Below, piece by piece: positions 11,701 to 23,311 of a stretch of DNA of 64,000 bases (position 1 is its first letter; every line of letters starts with the position of its first letter). The notes beneath the pieces were generated by a model. It saw only the letters and a list, made by a program, of their open reading frames with translations, searched no databases and was not told the origin of the DNA. Source of the stretch: Podospora anserina (Eukaryota); the NCBI GenBank assembly GCA_017654855.1, contig CM030338.1, forward strand, positions 434,001 through 498,000. The letters are read 5' to 3'. A program made the translations under genes and the position numbers.

Positions 11701-12327
11701 AGGCGGCGGCAAGCGGCGACATCGAGAACGTCAAGTTCCTGCTCCAGAACAGTGTCAACCCGTCCATCACTACCAATTACGGCTAGGCTCCACTGCACTG
11801 GGCCGCCAACAGCGGCCACACCGACTGCGTGCGTGAGCTGCTCAAGTGGAAAGTGGACCTGAACACCTTGTGGGATATCTCGACGACGCCGCTCGACATG
11901 GCCCGCCAGATGAACCAGACGCACATAATCAGGATTCTGCTCGACGCCGGCGCGAAGACAGCCGAGGAGGTTCTGAAGGAGATTTAAGGAGATAACATCC
12001 TCGACGTGGTACGCAGAGCAGAGACGGACGCAGGGGTCTCCCCCAAGGCAAACGCGTTTTTCGCTTCTTACGCCTCACTAACGGGAATCTCGACGAGTAC
12101 GACCAGGAAGCCGACCCGGAGATTCTTTGAAAAAGGGCCAGCTTGTCACGTATCGGGAGATTCGCGCCTTCGTCGCCCTCAAGCATGAGAAGTTCAAGGG
12201 CCTTGTCGAGGGCGGGTCAACAATGACACTACGGCTAAAGGTCTGCCAGAGGGCGGAGATGAGGAACATGCTAATCAATAGTATGGGCGGCAATGCGAGC
12301 ACGTATTGCAACTACGTAACTAGGTGA
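8714..12327 (+). pseudogene. NLR pseudogene: N-terminal amyloid R0 motif, NACHT, winged helix, ankyrin repeats
   Basis: R0 QGTISIESQVVDGNARVHNGNN; NACHT N-part DILNWL...GRWLIESDRFDKWRSG...LWCLGM; Walker B FIVVDALDEC; RLLVTSR; winged helix LSWIACASRPLATKELQHAL; ankyrins (AIHLAAFLG, TALHIAA, PLHWAA). In-frame stops at 8735, 10373, 11258, 11513 and 11784, plus frameshifts, a dead splice donor (TTGAGT, 9588) and no Walker A. The 3' end is approximate. Confidence 0.88.
9123..9290. mobile_element. Truncated MITE (copy B) within the NLR intron
   Basis: Shares ACCCACACCGGTTTGCTC, GGCTGGATTTTC and ACTGTAATAC...CTGGCCA with 7265-7420. It begins CAGGGTGTGGG and lacks a right TIR. Confidence 0.7.
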
Positions 12328-13441
12328 ACTTGTTAAGGTTAGGTACTCTACGAGTACACTGAATCTGAAGAATAAAAGGAAAAGAGCAAGAGAAGATTTG
12401 ACATAATGAGCCTGTGATATGGCTTCTTGATATGAGGGACGAACAACTGCCATAAATAAGTTTTCCAGGTACTTGTGTGCAAGCGGCCTCTCGTCAACAA
12501 TGGGGAAGACCACAACAGAGACACCCCTGAATGGCACACAACTGCCAGCCAGCTGTCGGCAGAATAACACCTGTTCACAGTGCTGAATACGTTCTTCATC
12601 CAGACACTTTCGGAAGCACAGCCTTGTCCGCCATTCCATAATGCTCTCCAGCCTAAATCTCAGGGTTGCTCCCATTTTAAGAGTCCCATGGTCCCCCAGT
12701 TTCATACCTCTTAAGTGGCCTTGTATTGACAGCCATACCCCGCCTTTCTAATCTCAACTGACACATGTCAACTTTGAAAATGAAATCTTTCAACATTTGC
12801 CTTGCCATTGCTGTCATCCGTTCGACAATCGTTGCAGCAATTGGTGACACTATTCCCTGCATCTGCAACTCAGGTCTACCAAAGGGCAACGGAGGCGATT
12901 GCAACCAGTGGTGCGGTGACGCCTGTTTGAAGTACCTACGGGAAGAACTCTTGATCATGGACCTAGCCCACTGCTTGGACTCGACTGTATGTCTACACGC
13001 CCTGTTGACTGGTGATGGCATCGACACATTGGCTAACTACCTACGATTCCTCCAACAGTGTGATACCGACAGCTCTGCAGAAGATAAAGCTCGAGGTGTC
13101 TGCAATTGCAGCTGCAAAAGCGTTCGCCAAGTTTCACAGGAGCCTTGAGGTGAGAAGGCCGGGACGAAAGCGAATTGATGGGAATGTAACATTCGGCGCG
13201 GAAGACCTTGGCTGGAGTTCCATCCCAGTCGAGTATTCTTCTCCGCGTTTCAACGCCGTCACGTCCATAACCACGCGCTAATCTATTTTTTCCATAAAAG
13301 CCCACGAATGAGAAGTCACAAAGAGAGATACAGACGATATGAATGCCGGTACTTGTCCATGTCGATGATTGTACATAATGAGGCCATTGCTCTGTTGTTT
13401 TAGAATAATACAGACCACCACCATTAGACTGGCCAACCATC

Positions 13442-14743
13442 ATGAAGGTATTGACTCAGGCCATCTTCTTAGCGGGGGCGTCAACACTTGTTGATGCCCT
13501 GCCTTCAGCTGGACTTGTTTCACCAAGAGCACCACCAGCCGAGTTTACAGCCAATCCAAACGTTGGCCCTGGTGGTACTAGGTGGAAAGACTCCCCCCAT
13601 TTCCGCATCTACGGCGCAACCGACAATGCCGTAGCCGACAGGACCATCGCCATGCTCGAGGCGGCATACACCTGCTTCGTGAATGACCTCGGATGGCGCA
13701 GCCCTGGACTCAGCTACAAACAAGATCACGACAATGGGCCCTGGCACAAGCTCAATGTCTACCAAGTGGAAACCCTTCCCGGAGCTGCCGCCAACACTCC
13801 CCTCGACCTCAACAGAGGACTGTCATGGCTCAACGTGGTCAAAGCATGGATGGCAGAGCCAGGTGTCGTCGTTCACGAGTTTGGGCATGCCCTGACCTAC
13901 TCGGCCGGGTGGTGGATCGACCAGTACCGCACCGGTGCTTGGTGGGAGACCGTCGCCAATTTCGTGGCGGATACCTACCTCACCTCTCCTCACTGCGCCC
14001 CAGCACGGGCAAAGTACAACCAACCTGAAGCCAACACCATAGTTGAACTCAAAAAGGTCATTGGCGACTCATATCAGGTCATCGTCGACGGCACAGTCGA
14101 CACAGCCAACCACTACCAGGCCTTCCCCTTCCTGACCTACCTCCACAGCAACCCCGATCAGATTCAGGGACTGGGCACCAGCATCTTCCCCGGGGTCTGG
14201 ACACAGTACAAGCGATACAGCGATGAGACACCGCTTCACGTGCTTGAACGCCTCATTGCACCTGGTGGCACGAAGATCCAGACTGTGGTGGCAAAATACT
14301 GGGCTCGGATGGCCTTTGTGGACATCAACCACCCCAAGGCTCAAGCCATGTGGAGGAGCCAGAGGTCGCAGATCAACTACGGCAATCTGGATAATCAGGG
14401 GAATGGGCGGTATAGAGTCAAAAGTGCGAGACGGCCTAGATATATGGGTGCGAACATCACCCCGCTCAAGACCAATGGGGCGGTGAACGTCAGTGTCACT
14501 GTGACGATTTCTGGTGCGGGGAAGTTGACGTCTTTCCTTGCGGTGAGACAGACGAGCGGGGCTGTGAGATATGTTGAGTTGGTCAATAGTAGTGGGAATG
14601 TTTCGGTTGGAAATGGAGAAGAGGCCATGCTTGTTGTGGTCAATACTCCGGCGAATCTGGTGCTGTTTGACCCGTTCAAGTTGACAGCAGAGACGAATAC
14701 CGGGGTTGACTATACCGTTCAGATCTCAGGAGCTACGGTTTAG
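13442..14743 (+). CDS. Secreted zincin-like metallopeptidase-domain protein (DUF6055-like)
   Basis: Signal peptide; VVVHEFGHALTY followed by AWWETVANF (HExxH...E); beta-rich C-terminal domain; 433-aa intronless ORF. Confidence 0.85.
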   Translation: MKVLTQAIFLAGASTLVDALPSAGLVSPRAPPAEFTANPNVGPGGTRWKDSPHFRIYGATDNAVADRTIAMLEAAYTCFVNDLGWRSPGLSYKQDHDNGPWHKLNVYQVETLPGAAANTPLDLNRGLSWLNVVKAWMAEPGVVVHEFGHALTYSAGWWIDQYRTGAWWETVANFVADTYLTSPHCAPARAKYNQPEANTIVELKKVIGDSYQVIVDGTVDTANHYQAFPFLTYLHSNPDQIQGLGTSIFPGVWTQYKRYSDETPLHVLERLIAPGGTKIQTVVAKYWARMAFVDINHPKAQAMWRSQRSQINYGNLDNQGNGRYRVKSARRPRYMGANITPLKTNGAVNVSVTVTISGAGKLTSFLAVRQTSGAVRYVELVNSSGNVSVGNGEEAMLVVVNTPANLVLFDPFKLTAETNTGVDYTVQISGATV

Positions 14744-15141
14744 GCCTATCGGAACAACATTCAGGCACCCGGTCGGCAAGGCAGCATGTGCGTCGTGTAC
14801 ATATGTTATTCGAATCGTTTTTGCCCATCTTGCATCCCTGATGTGCTTGGTGTAGGCACCATTGGCCTTACACTCTGTGGCCTTGCAGATTCTTCGGAAG
14901 CTTTCTATCTACCGGCTTTATCACTCTGGACAAATACCCTGCTGGCACACAACTTTGCGGGTAAAGGAGCATCAGCCTTCGGCTAAGCTGTGGGTGCACG
15001 TAGCTGAACTCCGCACTTTCATGGTGCTTATATGTACAACCCAGTATGCCAAGCAGACGCAATGTCTTTGCATTGAAGACCTGGCTGTTGAAACAGACAG
15101 TTGTGACCTTGAAAGACAACATCAGCAGTCTTTAGCAGGCC

Positions 15142-15861
15142 ATGGGCCCCACATACCAACTGTGGCTCGCCGTAGCCCTAATCAGCTCAACAACAGCCCA
15201 ACCACCTCCCTCAACCACAACCACCTACCCCACCACCATCACAACAACCCTCACAACAACCTACACCAACCCCTCCACCCCATCCGCCACCACCATCGAC
15301 TACATCACCCTCCTAGACCCCTGGCCTGTCTCTCCCGACTTCGAATCCATCTTCCCCTACCCCCTCACCCAAACCGAAATTCTCTCCCGCACTATCATCC
15401 ACTCCCCCTCCTCAATCTCCATCTCCCCGCCCACCAGCACAACCCTCACCTGGTCCCTATGGGCAGTCCAAGCGTTTGACATGTCCCCTTATGTCCCCCC
15501 CATCTGCCCCGGTCCAGAAGGGGAAGAAGGCTGTGCATACGGGAGCATCAAGCCTCATTATCGATGCGAGGAGTTGGGACTAGAGACGAGGTGTGCGAGG
15601 CAGTGCGAGTTGAAGAATTGGATTTGGTGGTGTAGGCTGCCGAGGGATGATGGAAAGGACTCGTTGGATGGTGGTTTGGGTGGTGCGCCGGTGGGGAGGG
15701 TTTGCGCGGATAGGGTGGATGGTCGGGGGGGGGACGGGGGAGGCGGGGGGTTGGCTTGGGTGCCGTTAGTGGAACCTTGTGATCATACTGATTTCAAGGT
15801 TGGGTGTAAGGTTTGTCGGGAGGAGGAGGAGGAGGAAGGGCGGGTGGAGTGGAGGGGCTGA
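15142..15861 (+). CDS. Secreted Thr-rich / Cys-rich protein
   Basis: Signal peptide (MGPTYQLWLAVALISSTTA), Thr-rich stretch and a C-terminal half with about 10 Cys. Confidence 0.7.
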   Translation: MGPTYQLWLAVALISSTTAQPPPSTTTTYPTTITTTLTTTYTNPSTPSATTIDYITLLDPWPVSPDFESIFPYPLTQTEILSRTIIHSPSSISISPPTSTTLTWSLWAVQAFDMSPYVPPICPGPEGEEGCAYGSIKPHYRCEELGLETRCARQCELKNWIWWCRLPRDDGKDSLDGGLGGAPVGRVCADRVDGRGGDGGGGGLAWVPLVEPCDHTDFKVGCKVCREEEEEEGRVEWRG

Positions 15862-16476
15862 TGGGAGTTAGGTTGTTTGTCTCGCATGGTGGATGGAAAG
15901 TGTTGAAAGGAAGGTTTCTCGGCGGCACCGATCGGTTGAGGGACTTTTGGGCATCGGGCCGAGTGCTGTCTGTGTAAATTGTTCAATCTTGTTTTCTGGT
16001 TGCGCTAAGCAGTTGGACAGATAGATTGTTCGGTTTGGGACTCGGGCAGAGCTGAAGGTGAATGTGGCATTGCTGTTACACCCTAGAACTTTTGGCAGCC
16101 GGTAAATGAGACACTGTCTGACAAGGCTGAAACAAATTTCAACTTACCTTAATATGGGATCCCTCCCTCCTGTCCGAGCTGTCCGAAACATGGTCCATAG
16201 TCACTATGCAGAGCTTTTGTGTGCCTACCTGAACTTGAGCACCTGGTAGGCGATTTTCAGAGCCCAGCTTGGCCCACGGTAGGCAGTCTGAGCGAGACAG
16301 TCTTCAAGTACCTATCTACTCCATCAATACACGGGTAGGTACTGTCTCGGGCTGTCACCGGAGTGTGGCAACAAATCGGGGTTGGTGGGCTGTATAAGAG
16401 CAGGTCAGACTTTCTGGCATCCAAGAACCGCAGAGCATAACTTCACCCACAAATTCTTGCAAGATTTTGATAAACA

Positions 16477-17094
16477 ATGCTCAGGCTACTGCTGATCTAC
16501 CTGGCGTATTACGCCTTGAATGTCTTCTCTGCACCTCCTTCATCTGCAGATCATCGAACGGACCATCAGAGCCAGTCCCAAGTCCTTAAACTTGGTGATG
16601 ACAAACCTTGTACTTGGGATGATACCTTCGGTGAAGTAGATTGGTAAGAGACTTCAGCTTATCCATACTCACTTTCTGTGCTCCTACTGATACCAGTCCA
16701 ACCCAGCGGGTCATTCACCATCACGTTTGGCGACGGTAGTTTCCTGGGCTGGAAACTCTACACCACCCTTCGCCTCCCAAACTTCTCGGTTCACTTCGAT
16801 CTCAACTGCACACATATGGGTGACGTTTGGACAACTGCTCCAAATGCCCCTGGGCTCCCCTACGTAATCTCGATTCACGGCGGTAACGGGTGCATCTCAA
16901 CGGACTTCTGGTGGACCGATTGGGACAACCTCTGGATCAAGTATGCAAATCAGTGGGTCGATGTGGCCAGCGATTCAAGATGCACAAGTGTGTATTGGAA
17001 TAGAAAGGGGAGAAGATGCGTTATTGAGACCAGACCCGCTGATCCACAACCCAAATCTGGTGTGGAAGTTGGCGGGGCAACGGTCAGGGGCTAG
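16477..17094 (+). CDS. Small secreted Cys/Trp-rich protein, one intron (16644-16706)
   Basis: MLRLLLIYLAYYALNVFS signal peptide. The GTAAGA...CTGAT...CAG intron joins in frame with the 16678 ORF. Confidence 0.7.
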
Positions 17095-17305
17095 GGGGGC
17101 TTGGTGGAGTCGGTAGCCATGTTCACGATTTGATGTCCCAGCGATTAGGCACGTTGTTGATCACGGTTTGCGTGTTCTTTTAACTTACACTTTCTCTATA
17201 TACTTGTTCTGATGAAACCGAAAAGGTCACGAATGTATCTATGTATCTACTCTAATTGTGAGCCGGCAATCTATGTGCAAACTTTTTACAAAAAGAAACC
17301 CTCCC

Positions 17306-18453
17306 TCAAGCCCCGTGGTAAGCAAAGAACATGTTGGCAGCACCAGCTGGCAGCACAATGGGTGCCACGCCTGACCCTGCCACCTTGGTATTTGGCCTTT
17401 TCCTGCCTTCCTCCCGACTCTCAGACCCTGGTTGGAAAAGAGAAACCAATGGATTCTGTCCCTCTACCACCACCACCTTCACCGCGTAGCCACCCTCTAC
17501 CTTGCCGGTGCATATCCCCTTCTTTGGAAAAATCTTCGGCATCATCCACCACTGGAAGGCCCGAATCTGCGTCCTGCACGCCCCCCAACCCTTGCTGTAC
17601 TCCCGCAACCCTCTGTACCTGCTGATGTCACTCATCGCCCACCTCCCCGCATCGGCAAAGTCTTCCTGCCACGACGCCCTAGAGTAAGGAGTTGGCACGG
17701 CGGTGTCGTTTCCGTAGGCGTACTTCCAATACTTTGTTCTCGAGAAGGGCGTTCCCTCGGGAAACCCTTGACTCTCGAGGAACGGGGCGAGGGCTACCAT
17801 GTCCATGATGTGGGTGATCTCATGGAATAAGACACCAAGCTTGAAGTAAGTGGGAGAGAAAACCAAAACGGAGCCGCGGGTGTAGGCCGCAGCTTGGATG
17901 GTGGAGCCCTGTCCGCCATCGATGGGGCCGGGCAGGATGACCAGGTTGGCGACGTACTGGCGCATGCCTACGGGGACTTGGCTGAGGGTCTGGTGAGATG
18001 TCAGTAATGTATCGCCAGATCATCTCTCGGCTTTTGTTTGGAAACACTGACATCCAAGATGCTATACCACTTTTCCTTTGCATCCTTGTGTCTACACACC
18101 GTCCACGGGACGCCGCAGTCTTCGAACCACACATCTCGGACTTGAAAGTCTAGAATCCAAAAGTTGTTGAACTGGGCTTCATGAACGCAGTGAATGGGGT
18201 AGTAGCCCTCTTCCCATGGTCTTGATCTCCAATGCATCCGGGGGTAGTCAAAACGTAGGTGCTTGTTTTGCGTGTCTTCGGAAAATGGCGGGTATATCGG
18301 AGGTTTGTCGAGCTCATCTCTCTTCTCAAGATCGTCTCTTCCCTCAAGCTGGTTTTTAAATGAGTGAGATGAGGCAAGGATTGCCAGGCTGTTTCCAATG
18401 AGCGGAAAGGCAATGGCTGCAAGCAGGGCGGAACAAAGGAGTGAAGCCCGCAT
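17306..18453 (-). CDS. Conidiation-specific protein 13 (con-13)-like secreted HExxH protein, one intron (~17995-18049)
   Basis: Signal peptide MRASLLCSALLAAIAFPL; VWFEDCGVPWTVCRH; VLFHEITHIMD; WKYAYGNDTAVPTPYSRASWQEDFAD. Confidence 0.75.
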
Positions 18454-19442
18454 GGTAAAGAGAATGTGAGCGTTCTTGATATTCGATCCCAACTGAGAAG
18501 CTCTGAAAAGTGGCAGGGGCTTCCTCTTTTCCCAGCCTTCCCAGCCAGAAAAAGGCAGGTACACAGAAGAAAAAAGATAGAAGCAAAAAGCCAACTTGAC
18601 GCATACACTTTAAGGTATGTGGTTGACTGTCCAGGAAACCCCTGATCATCATCACAAGCAGCCCTGCCACGGGGCAGTGAACTTGTCAGACCGTTTCTTA
18701 CCAATGCCAACCGGGCCGTTCCTAGCTTCAGCCGCCATTTTTGACATCTTTACAGGTCGACGGTGTGCTTTAGTACGGATAGCTGAGGAAAAGCATCTGA
18801 AAAACGGTCTGCAGATAGTCCCACGTTGTTGGTTGAGGGAGACGCCTGCCCCTTAAGTAGAAGCCGTGCCCAATAAGTGATCAAGATTCGTGCACTGCAA
18901 ATCGCGCCGCAAATGAGTAATAGCTTCGAAACAAGTCTGAATTTCGAGTCATAACTACCGGTTCAATCTCCTGAATCATGGATTCATGATGGTCGTGATG
19001 CTAGCTGCCGCTTACAGATAACAGTGCAATGGTTAGCTGACAACGGCCTGTCAACCGTCAAAAGTGTTGACGATTAGTAAACCGTTGGTGAGTCGAGGTT
19101 CCAACTACTGGTTGATGAGTTAACGATACTCTTCGATAAATCTCTCGGGGCATCGCGAAGTCGATTCGTCGTACCTTAGGTTGGATGTGGAGAAACTTCT
19201 AGGTTTCTTCTTAGAACTTGATGATGGTGACAATCTGAGATTGGACTTCTGGTCCACTCAAGACAGGGTGCCTAACGGCGCAAGTTGTGGAAGCATAATC
19301 CGACAAACGGCTCTGAAAAATAGGGTTTTGGGTTTTGCAGCCCTTAGCGCCACCTTTCTTGGCTGCCAGGCTGTATCTAAACATTTTTTTTGTTACACTC
19401 TGCAAGTTCCATTCTTTCTCCATGCACTCCGCCAGCTACAAG

Positions 19443-20351
19443 ATGGATCCTGAAACGAAGGAGCTCCTGGACGGCCACCCACTGACAGATTTCTTCCCAC
19501 TGATTGAGAAAAATACGTTGGTCTCCAACGGTCGCCCGACATATAGGATTCTCTACTGCGTGGTTCCATTTCACCCAGCATATCAGAGGAATGTCATGAA
19601 CAAACAGCCCTGGTGTATTTTTGGCACATACACCTGCTATCTTGATGATTTGCAAAACTTCTTGAAAAAAGGCTTCACATGGAATGCATCCAACTACATC
19701 CCGGAAATGTGCTTCAACACAGAACCCCCAACATGGATGGAACCTTCTGGCTGGAAGCACACTCGTTGCTGGAGTCTTCGACAGTTTCCGAAGCATCCCT
19801 CCAGGTCACAGTGGATGGGAAGCATCACTCGGTGCTCGACGTCACCAAAAACACTGACCAACTTCCGTTTCGACCGTTTATCGGCAGAAAATATCTGGTT
19901 TGTGACAGTGGACAACTCTTTTGGTTATGAGGGCTTCGTATTTGATCATGGCGATCCCGACAAGAACATCGACTGCATCAACAATATCGCTGTATCGCTT
20001 CCTTGGTGGGTGTGGCCGACGAAAGCATCTCGCTTCCAAGTCCTATGGACTGGGTCGACTGTTTGGAGTCACAGTGAACAGAACCGTGGTGTTCATGTTG
20101 ATTCAGTGTGTTTGGACATTGATCATAATCTTTCTCTACGATTTATACCTCTCACTTTTCCTCGGAGATTCCGCAAAACATTCTGCAGTTTGCAAGACAG
20201 AGTTGACGTGCTCGGCGATAAATGGTCCAGGGTTAGGGTGTTTATCTTATCAGAAATTCCCACCCACTCCCAAAACACCCCACCAGCAACCACTGCCTGC
20301 TGTCCCCCGGTGAAGCATGGAAACTTCAACAACTTCACTCCGGCCTCGTGA
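19443..20351 (+). CDS. Hypothetical Trp-rich protein; 3' end uncertain
   Basis: Long open frame from MDPETKELL with globular-protein composition. The 3' part may be non-coding or spliced. Confidence 0.45.
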   Translation: MDPETKELLDGHPLTDFFPLIEKNTLVSNGRPTYRILYCVVPFHPAYQRNVMNKQPWCIFGTYTCYLDDLQNFLKKGFTWNASNYIPEMCFNTEPPTWMEPSGWKHTRCWSLRQFPKHPSRSQWMGSITRCSTSPKTLTNFRFDRLSAENIWFVTVDNSFGYEGFVFDHGDPDKNIDCINNIAVSLPWWVWPTKASRFQVLWTGSTVWSHSEQNRGVHVDSVCLDIDHNLSLRFIPLTFPRRFRKTFCSLQDRVDVLGDKWSRVRVFILSEIPTHSQNTPPATTACCPPVKHGNFNNFTPAS

Positions 20352-20415
20352 CATTCCAGCACCTCATCGCCCCATCGGTATCAAGGGTGCATAAAGATAC
20401 CGGTCGAACTGCATC

Positions 20416-22269
20416 ATGGATATCACCAGCCATGCTGCTGCACGCAGCCCGCTTACCTTGGCAACGCTTCCGCCAGAGATTCTGATGGGCATCGTCGAGT
20501 GTCTCATTCCAACTCCGCCTGAAATCGGCGAGACAGGCCCTGTCGCCCTCGCGCAGATGTTTGAAGGCGAGCCATGGTATGAGTTCATTCTGTGCCGTCG
20601 CGCCCTCGCCAGTCTCTGCCTCGTCACGAGGACCTTTCGTGAAATGGCTCACCCCCTCCTCTACCGCGTCATCGCCATCACCAACCCACGAACCATGCTC
20701 CTTCTTTTCCGCACCCTGGCTGAGTTTCCACACTACGGATTACACACCCGCTTTCTCTCATGTCACATCACGCTGACCCGCAACAATGTCATCCGCGGGG
20801 TGAAAGAAGCGATGCATGAGCAGCTCGGCAGGTTCAAGCCATCCGACGCCCCCGGAGTCATTGCCCAGTACGTCCGCAACTCAATCATGCAGGCAGGTTC
20901 AGTCTGCAGTCACTGGATGCAGCCTTACTATGACGGTCTGCCTCAAAACATCTTCTCCATGGTCCTCGCCAGCTGCAAGAGGGTAGAGACGCTCCTCCTA
21001 GAGGTCCCCATCTGTGACGAGGACGGCGATTACAACATCCTGTTTCATAAAATGCACGGCGACTTACATGAGTTCGACCTGGCTCGCGACCCTAGCGTGA
21101 AAAATGAAGAGCGCCCTTACCAACACATTCATACCCTCCTCTTGCAGGGTGACACCGAAATGATCAAGCACCTCGAGATCGACGAGTGTGACTGCGACAT
21201 CCCAGACAACTACGGCGTCAAATGCAACACCTACTTCCCCCTGTTTGCGGCTCTGCCCAAGCTCGCCACGGTCGAAGTCACCTGCGACAGCGGCGACTGG
21301 ACCAACCCCATCGTCAACCTCAACCAAAACATCATGGCCAGGCTTCATGCCATACATCCTGGCTCTACCCAGTTTTACAAGACAATGGCCTCCCTCCCTC
21401 CAGACCACCCTTACCTCGGCGGCATCAAGCACATCTACCTCCACAACAGCATGGTAATGCCTCACCATCTTCACTACCTGTTGAGGTTCGCCCCTTACCT
21501 GGAGACACTGTACGTAACCCCTCGCCGGATCGAAGACGACGGGCCGGTAAGGTGGCCCCGCGTTCACGGCTCAGAGGAGGAAGACCACGAGTCGCTCAAC
21601 CTGGGCTTGCAACAATACGGCAAGAAGCACCTCAAGAACCTCGATGTCGGGTGGACGAGCCTCAAGAACATGGAGAAGCTTATCGGCCCAGAAGGGAGGA
21701 TCATTTGCCTGCCCGAGCTTAAAAACCTGGAGAAGCTGTGCATTCAGCTCGAGACGCTGTACGGAAACATGAAAAACGCGGCTGTTCTCCCTCTCCTGTC
21801 ACTGCTCCCGCCCAATTTGATGGAGCTGACGATTGAGGACTGGTGGTGGCGGTATGAGAAGCTGTACTTTGACATGAAGATGTGGAAGCCGAAAAAGAAG
21901 GTGGAGCATTACACCCGGGAAAAGGCGTATCGTCAGGCGGCCGTGGAGATGCTGATGAGGTTTGCAAAGTCGCTTGATGTGACGACCAACCGGCTGAAGA
22001 AGGTGATGCTGGTGTGCAAGATTCCGTGGACGTGGGTGCTGGAGGGGGCGGTGGAGGCTGATGAGCACTTTATGGGGGTGAAGCTCGCGTTTGAGGAGAA
22101 GGGGGTGGTGTTTGAGGTGGATTGTGACGAGGTCGAGGAGGAGGAGAAGCGGGCAAAGAGGGATGTTCCGGTGTATCAGCCTTGCCCGAGGCCTAACGCG
22201 CCAGAGTATGATGAGTATGATGAGTTTGACGAGTTTGATGAGTATCCGTATGATGATTACCCGTACTAG
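20416..22269 (+). CDS. F-box / LRR-like protein
   Basis: N-terminal F-box-like LATLPPEILMGIVECL...LASLCLVTRTFREMAHPLLYR; LxxLxL repeats; acidic (DEY)n tail. Confidence 0.85.
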   Translation: MDITSHAAARSPLTLATLPPEILMGIVECLIPTPPEIGETGPVALAQMFEGEPWYEFILCRRALASLCLVTRTFREMAHPLLYRVIAITNPRTMLLLFRTLAEFPHYGLHTRFLSCHITLTRNNVIRGVKEAMHEQLGRFKPSDAPGVIAQYVRNSIMQAGSVCSHWMQPYYDGLPQNIFSMVLASCKRVETLLLEVPICDEDGDYNILFHKMHGDLHEFDLARDPSVKNEERPYQHIHTLLLQGDTEMIKHLEIDECDCDIPDNYGVKCNTYFPLFAALPKLATVEVTCDSGDWTNPIVNLNQNIMARLHAIHPGSTQFYKTMASLPPDHPYLGGIKHIYLHNSMVMPHHLHYLLRFAPYLETLYVTPRRIEDDGPVRWPRVHGSEEEDHESLNLGLQQYGKKHLKNLDVGWTSLKNMEKLIGPEGRIICLPELKNLEKLCIQLETLYGNMKNAAVLPLLSLLPPNLMELTIEDWWWRYEKLYFDMKMWKPKKKVEHYTREKAYRQAAVEMLMRFAKSLDVTTNRLKKVMLVCKIPWTWVLEGAVEADEHFMGVKLAFEEKGVVFEVDCDEVEEEEKRAKRDVPVYQPCPRPNAPEYDEYDEFDEFDEYPYDDYPY

Positions 22270-23311
22270 TGAGAGGGGTTTGCTAGAAGATTTAGACCAT
22301 CAACGAGAGCTGTTGCAATGTCGGTTGTTATCTTTGTGTAGAGTAGTCTTTAGACAAAGGTACATCTATTGCCCACCTTCGTCGTAGTTTCTGCTGTGCC
22401 ACTTGCAATAGGCTTTGTTGCCCGACCTGCCCACGTTGCTCATGACATGGACTCTGCATGGAAAAATGGTTACCAAAAACCGCAGACACAAAGGCCTCAC
22501 GTCCACGATGAACAAGGCCAAGAGACCCCCAGGTCAAGGTAAACAGGTTTCCTGCGCCATCGTCGTCACTTCCAAGAACTTTGGCCTCGTCGACATGCAA
22601 CAAAAATCCGAACTCGGACTCAACAGCTCGAACCAACTGCAGCGAAGGAATCGACAGCCACACCTTCTTTTTGCTTGGGTCGTATCGGAAACACACCAGG
22701 TCAACTGCCGAGTTGCCGAGCGGGAGGAGGTCATCCTCTCGGGGCGCGGCGTATTCACTGCGTCGTTTTGCTGGCTGTCACGGTGTATACAGGTAGGCAG
22801 AAAGGATAGAAGAGGAATGCAATAGGCATCAACATTATTCTCTATTCTAGAACCCCCCCCCCTCTTGACACAAAAGATTCCTTCTCCTCCCAATATAGCC
22901 ATCCATCATCCAAGCTGCATTATGTTTGCTCGTGTATATACATATCTTTTGCAAAGTGTAAATAAATATGGTAGGCAAGTTTGATGTCTGGCCCGAGTGC
23001 ACTGCCAGAGGTTACTCAAGACCATAAAGAGAAGAATCGGTTGGCAGATATGATCTGATGACAAAGGAGAGTGTTCGCAACACAGACCACGTTTCACACA
23101 ACTGTGGCTGCAAATCGGAATATCCCACCCTCACATATATGTCCCGGGTATTTCTGCCTGATGATGTGTTGATGCGAAATTGGCCTCTATTTCTTCCTCT
23201 GAGCCCTCGCCCCCTGATATCTCCGGTTTTATGACCTCCCACAAATATCACATGGTATCCAAACAAAAATTCTAGAAGTGAACAAATTATTATGCTGGAT
23301 TAAACGCCCCC

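Noticed and set aside
12765-13281. Cys-rich ORFs downstream of the NLR pseudogene
   Set aside because: No recognisable family or consistent gene structure.
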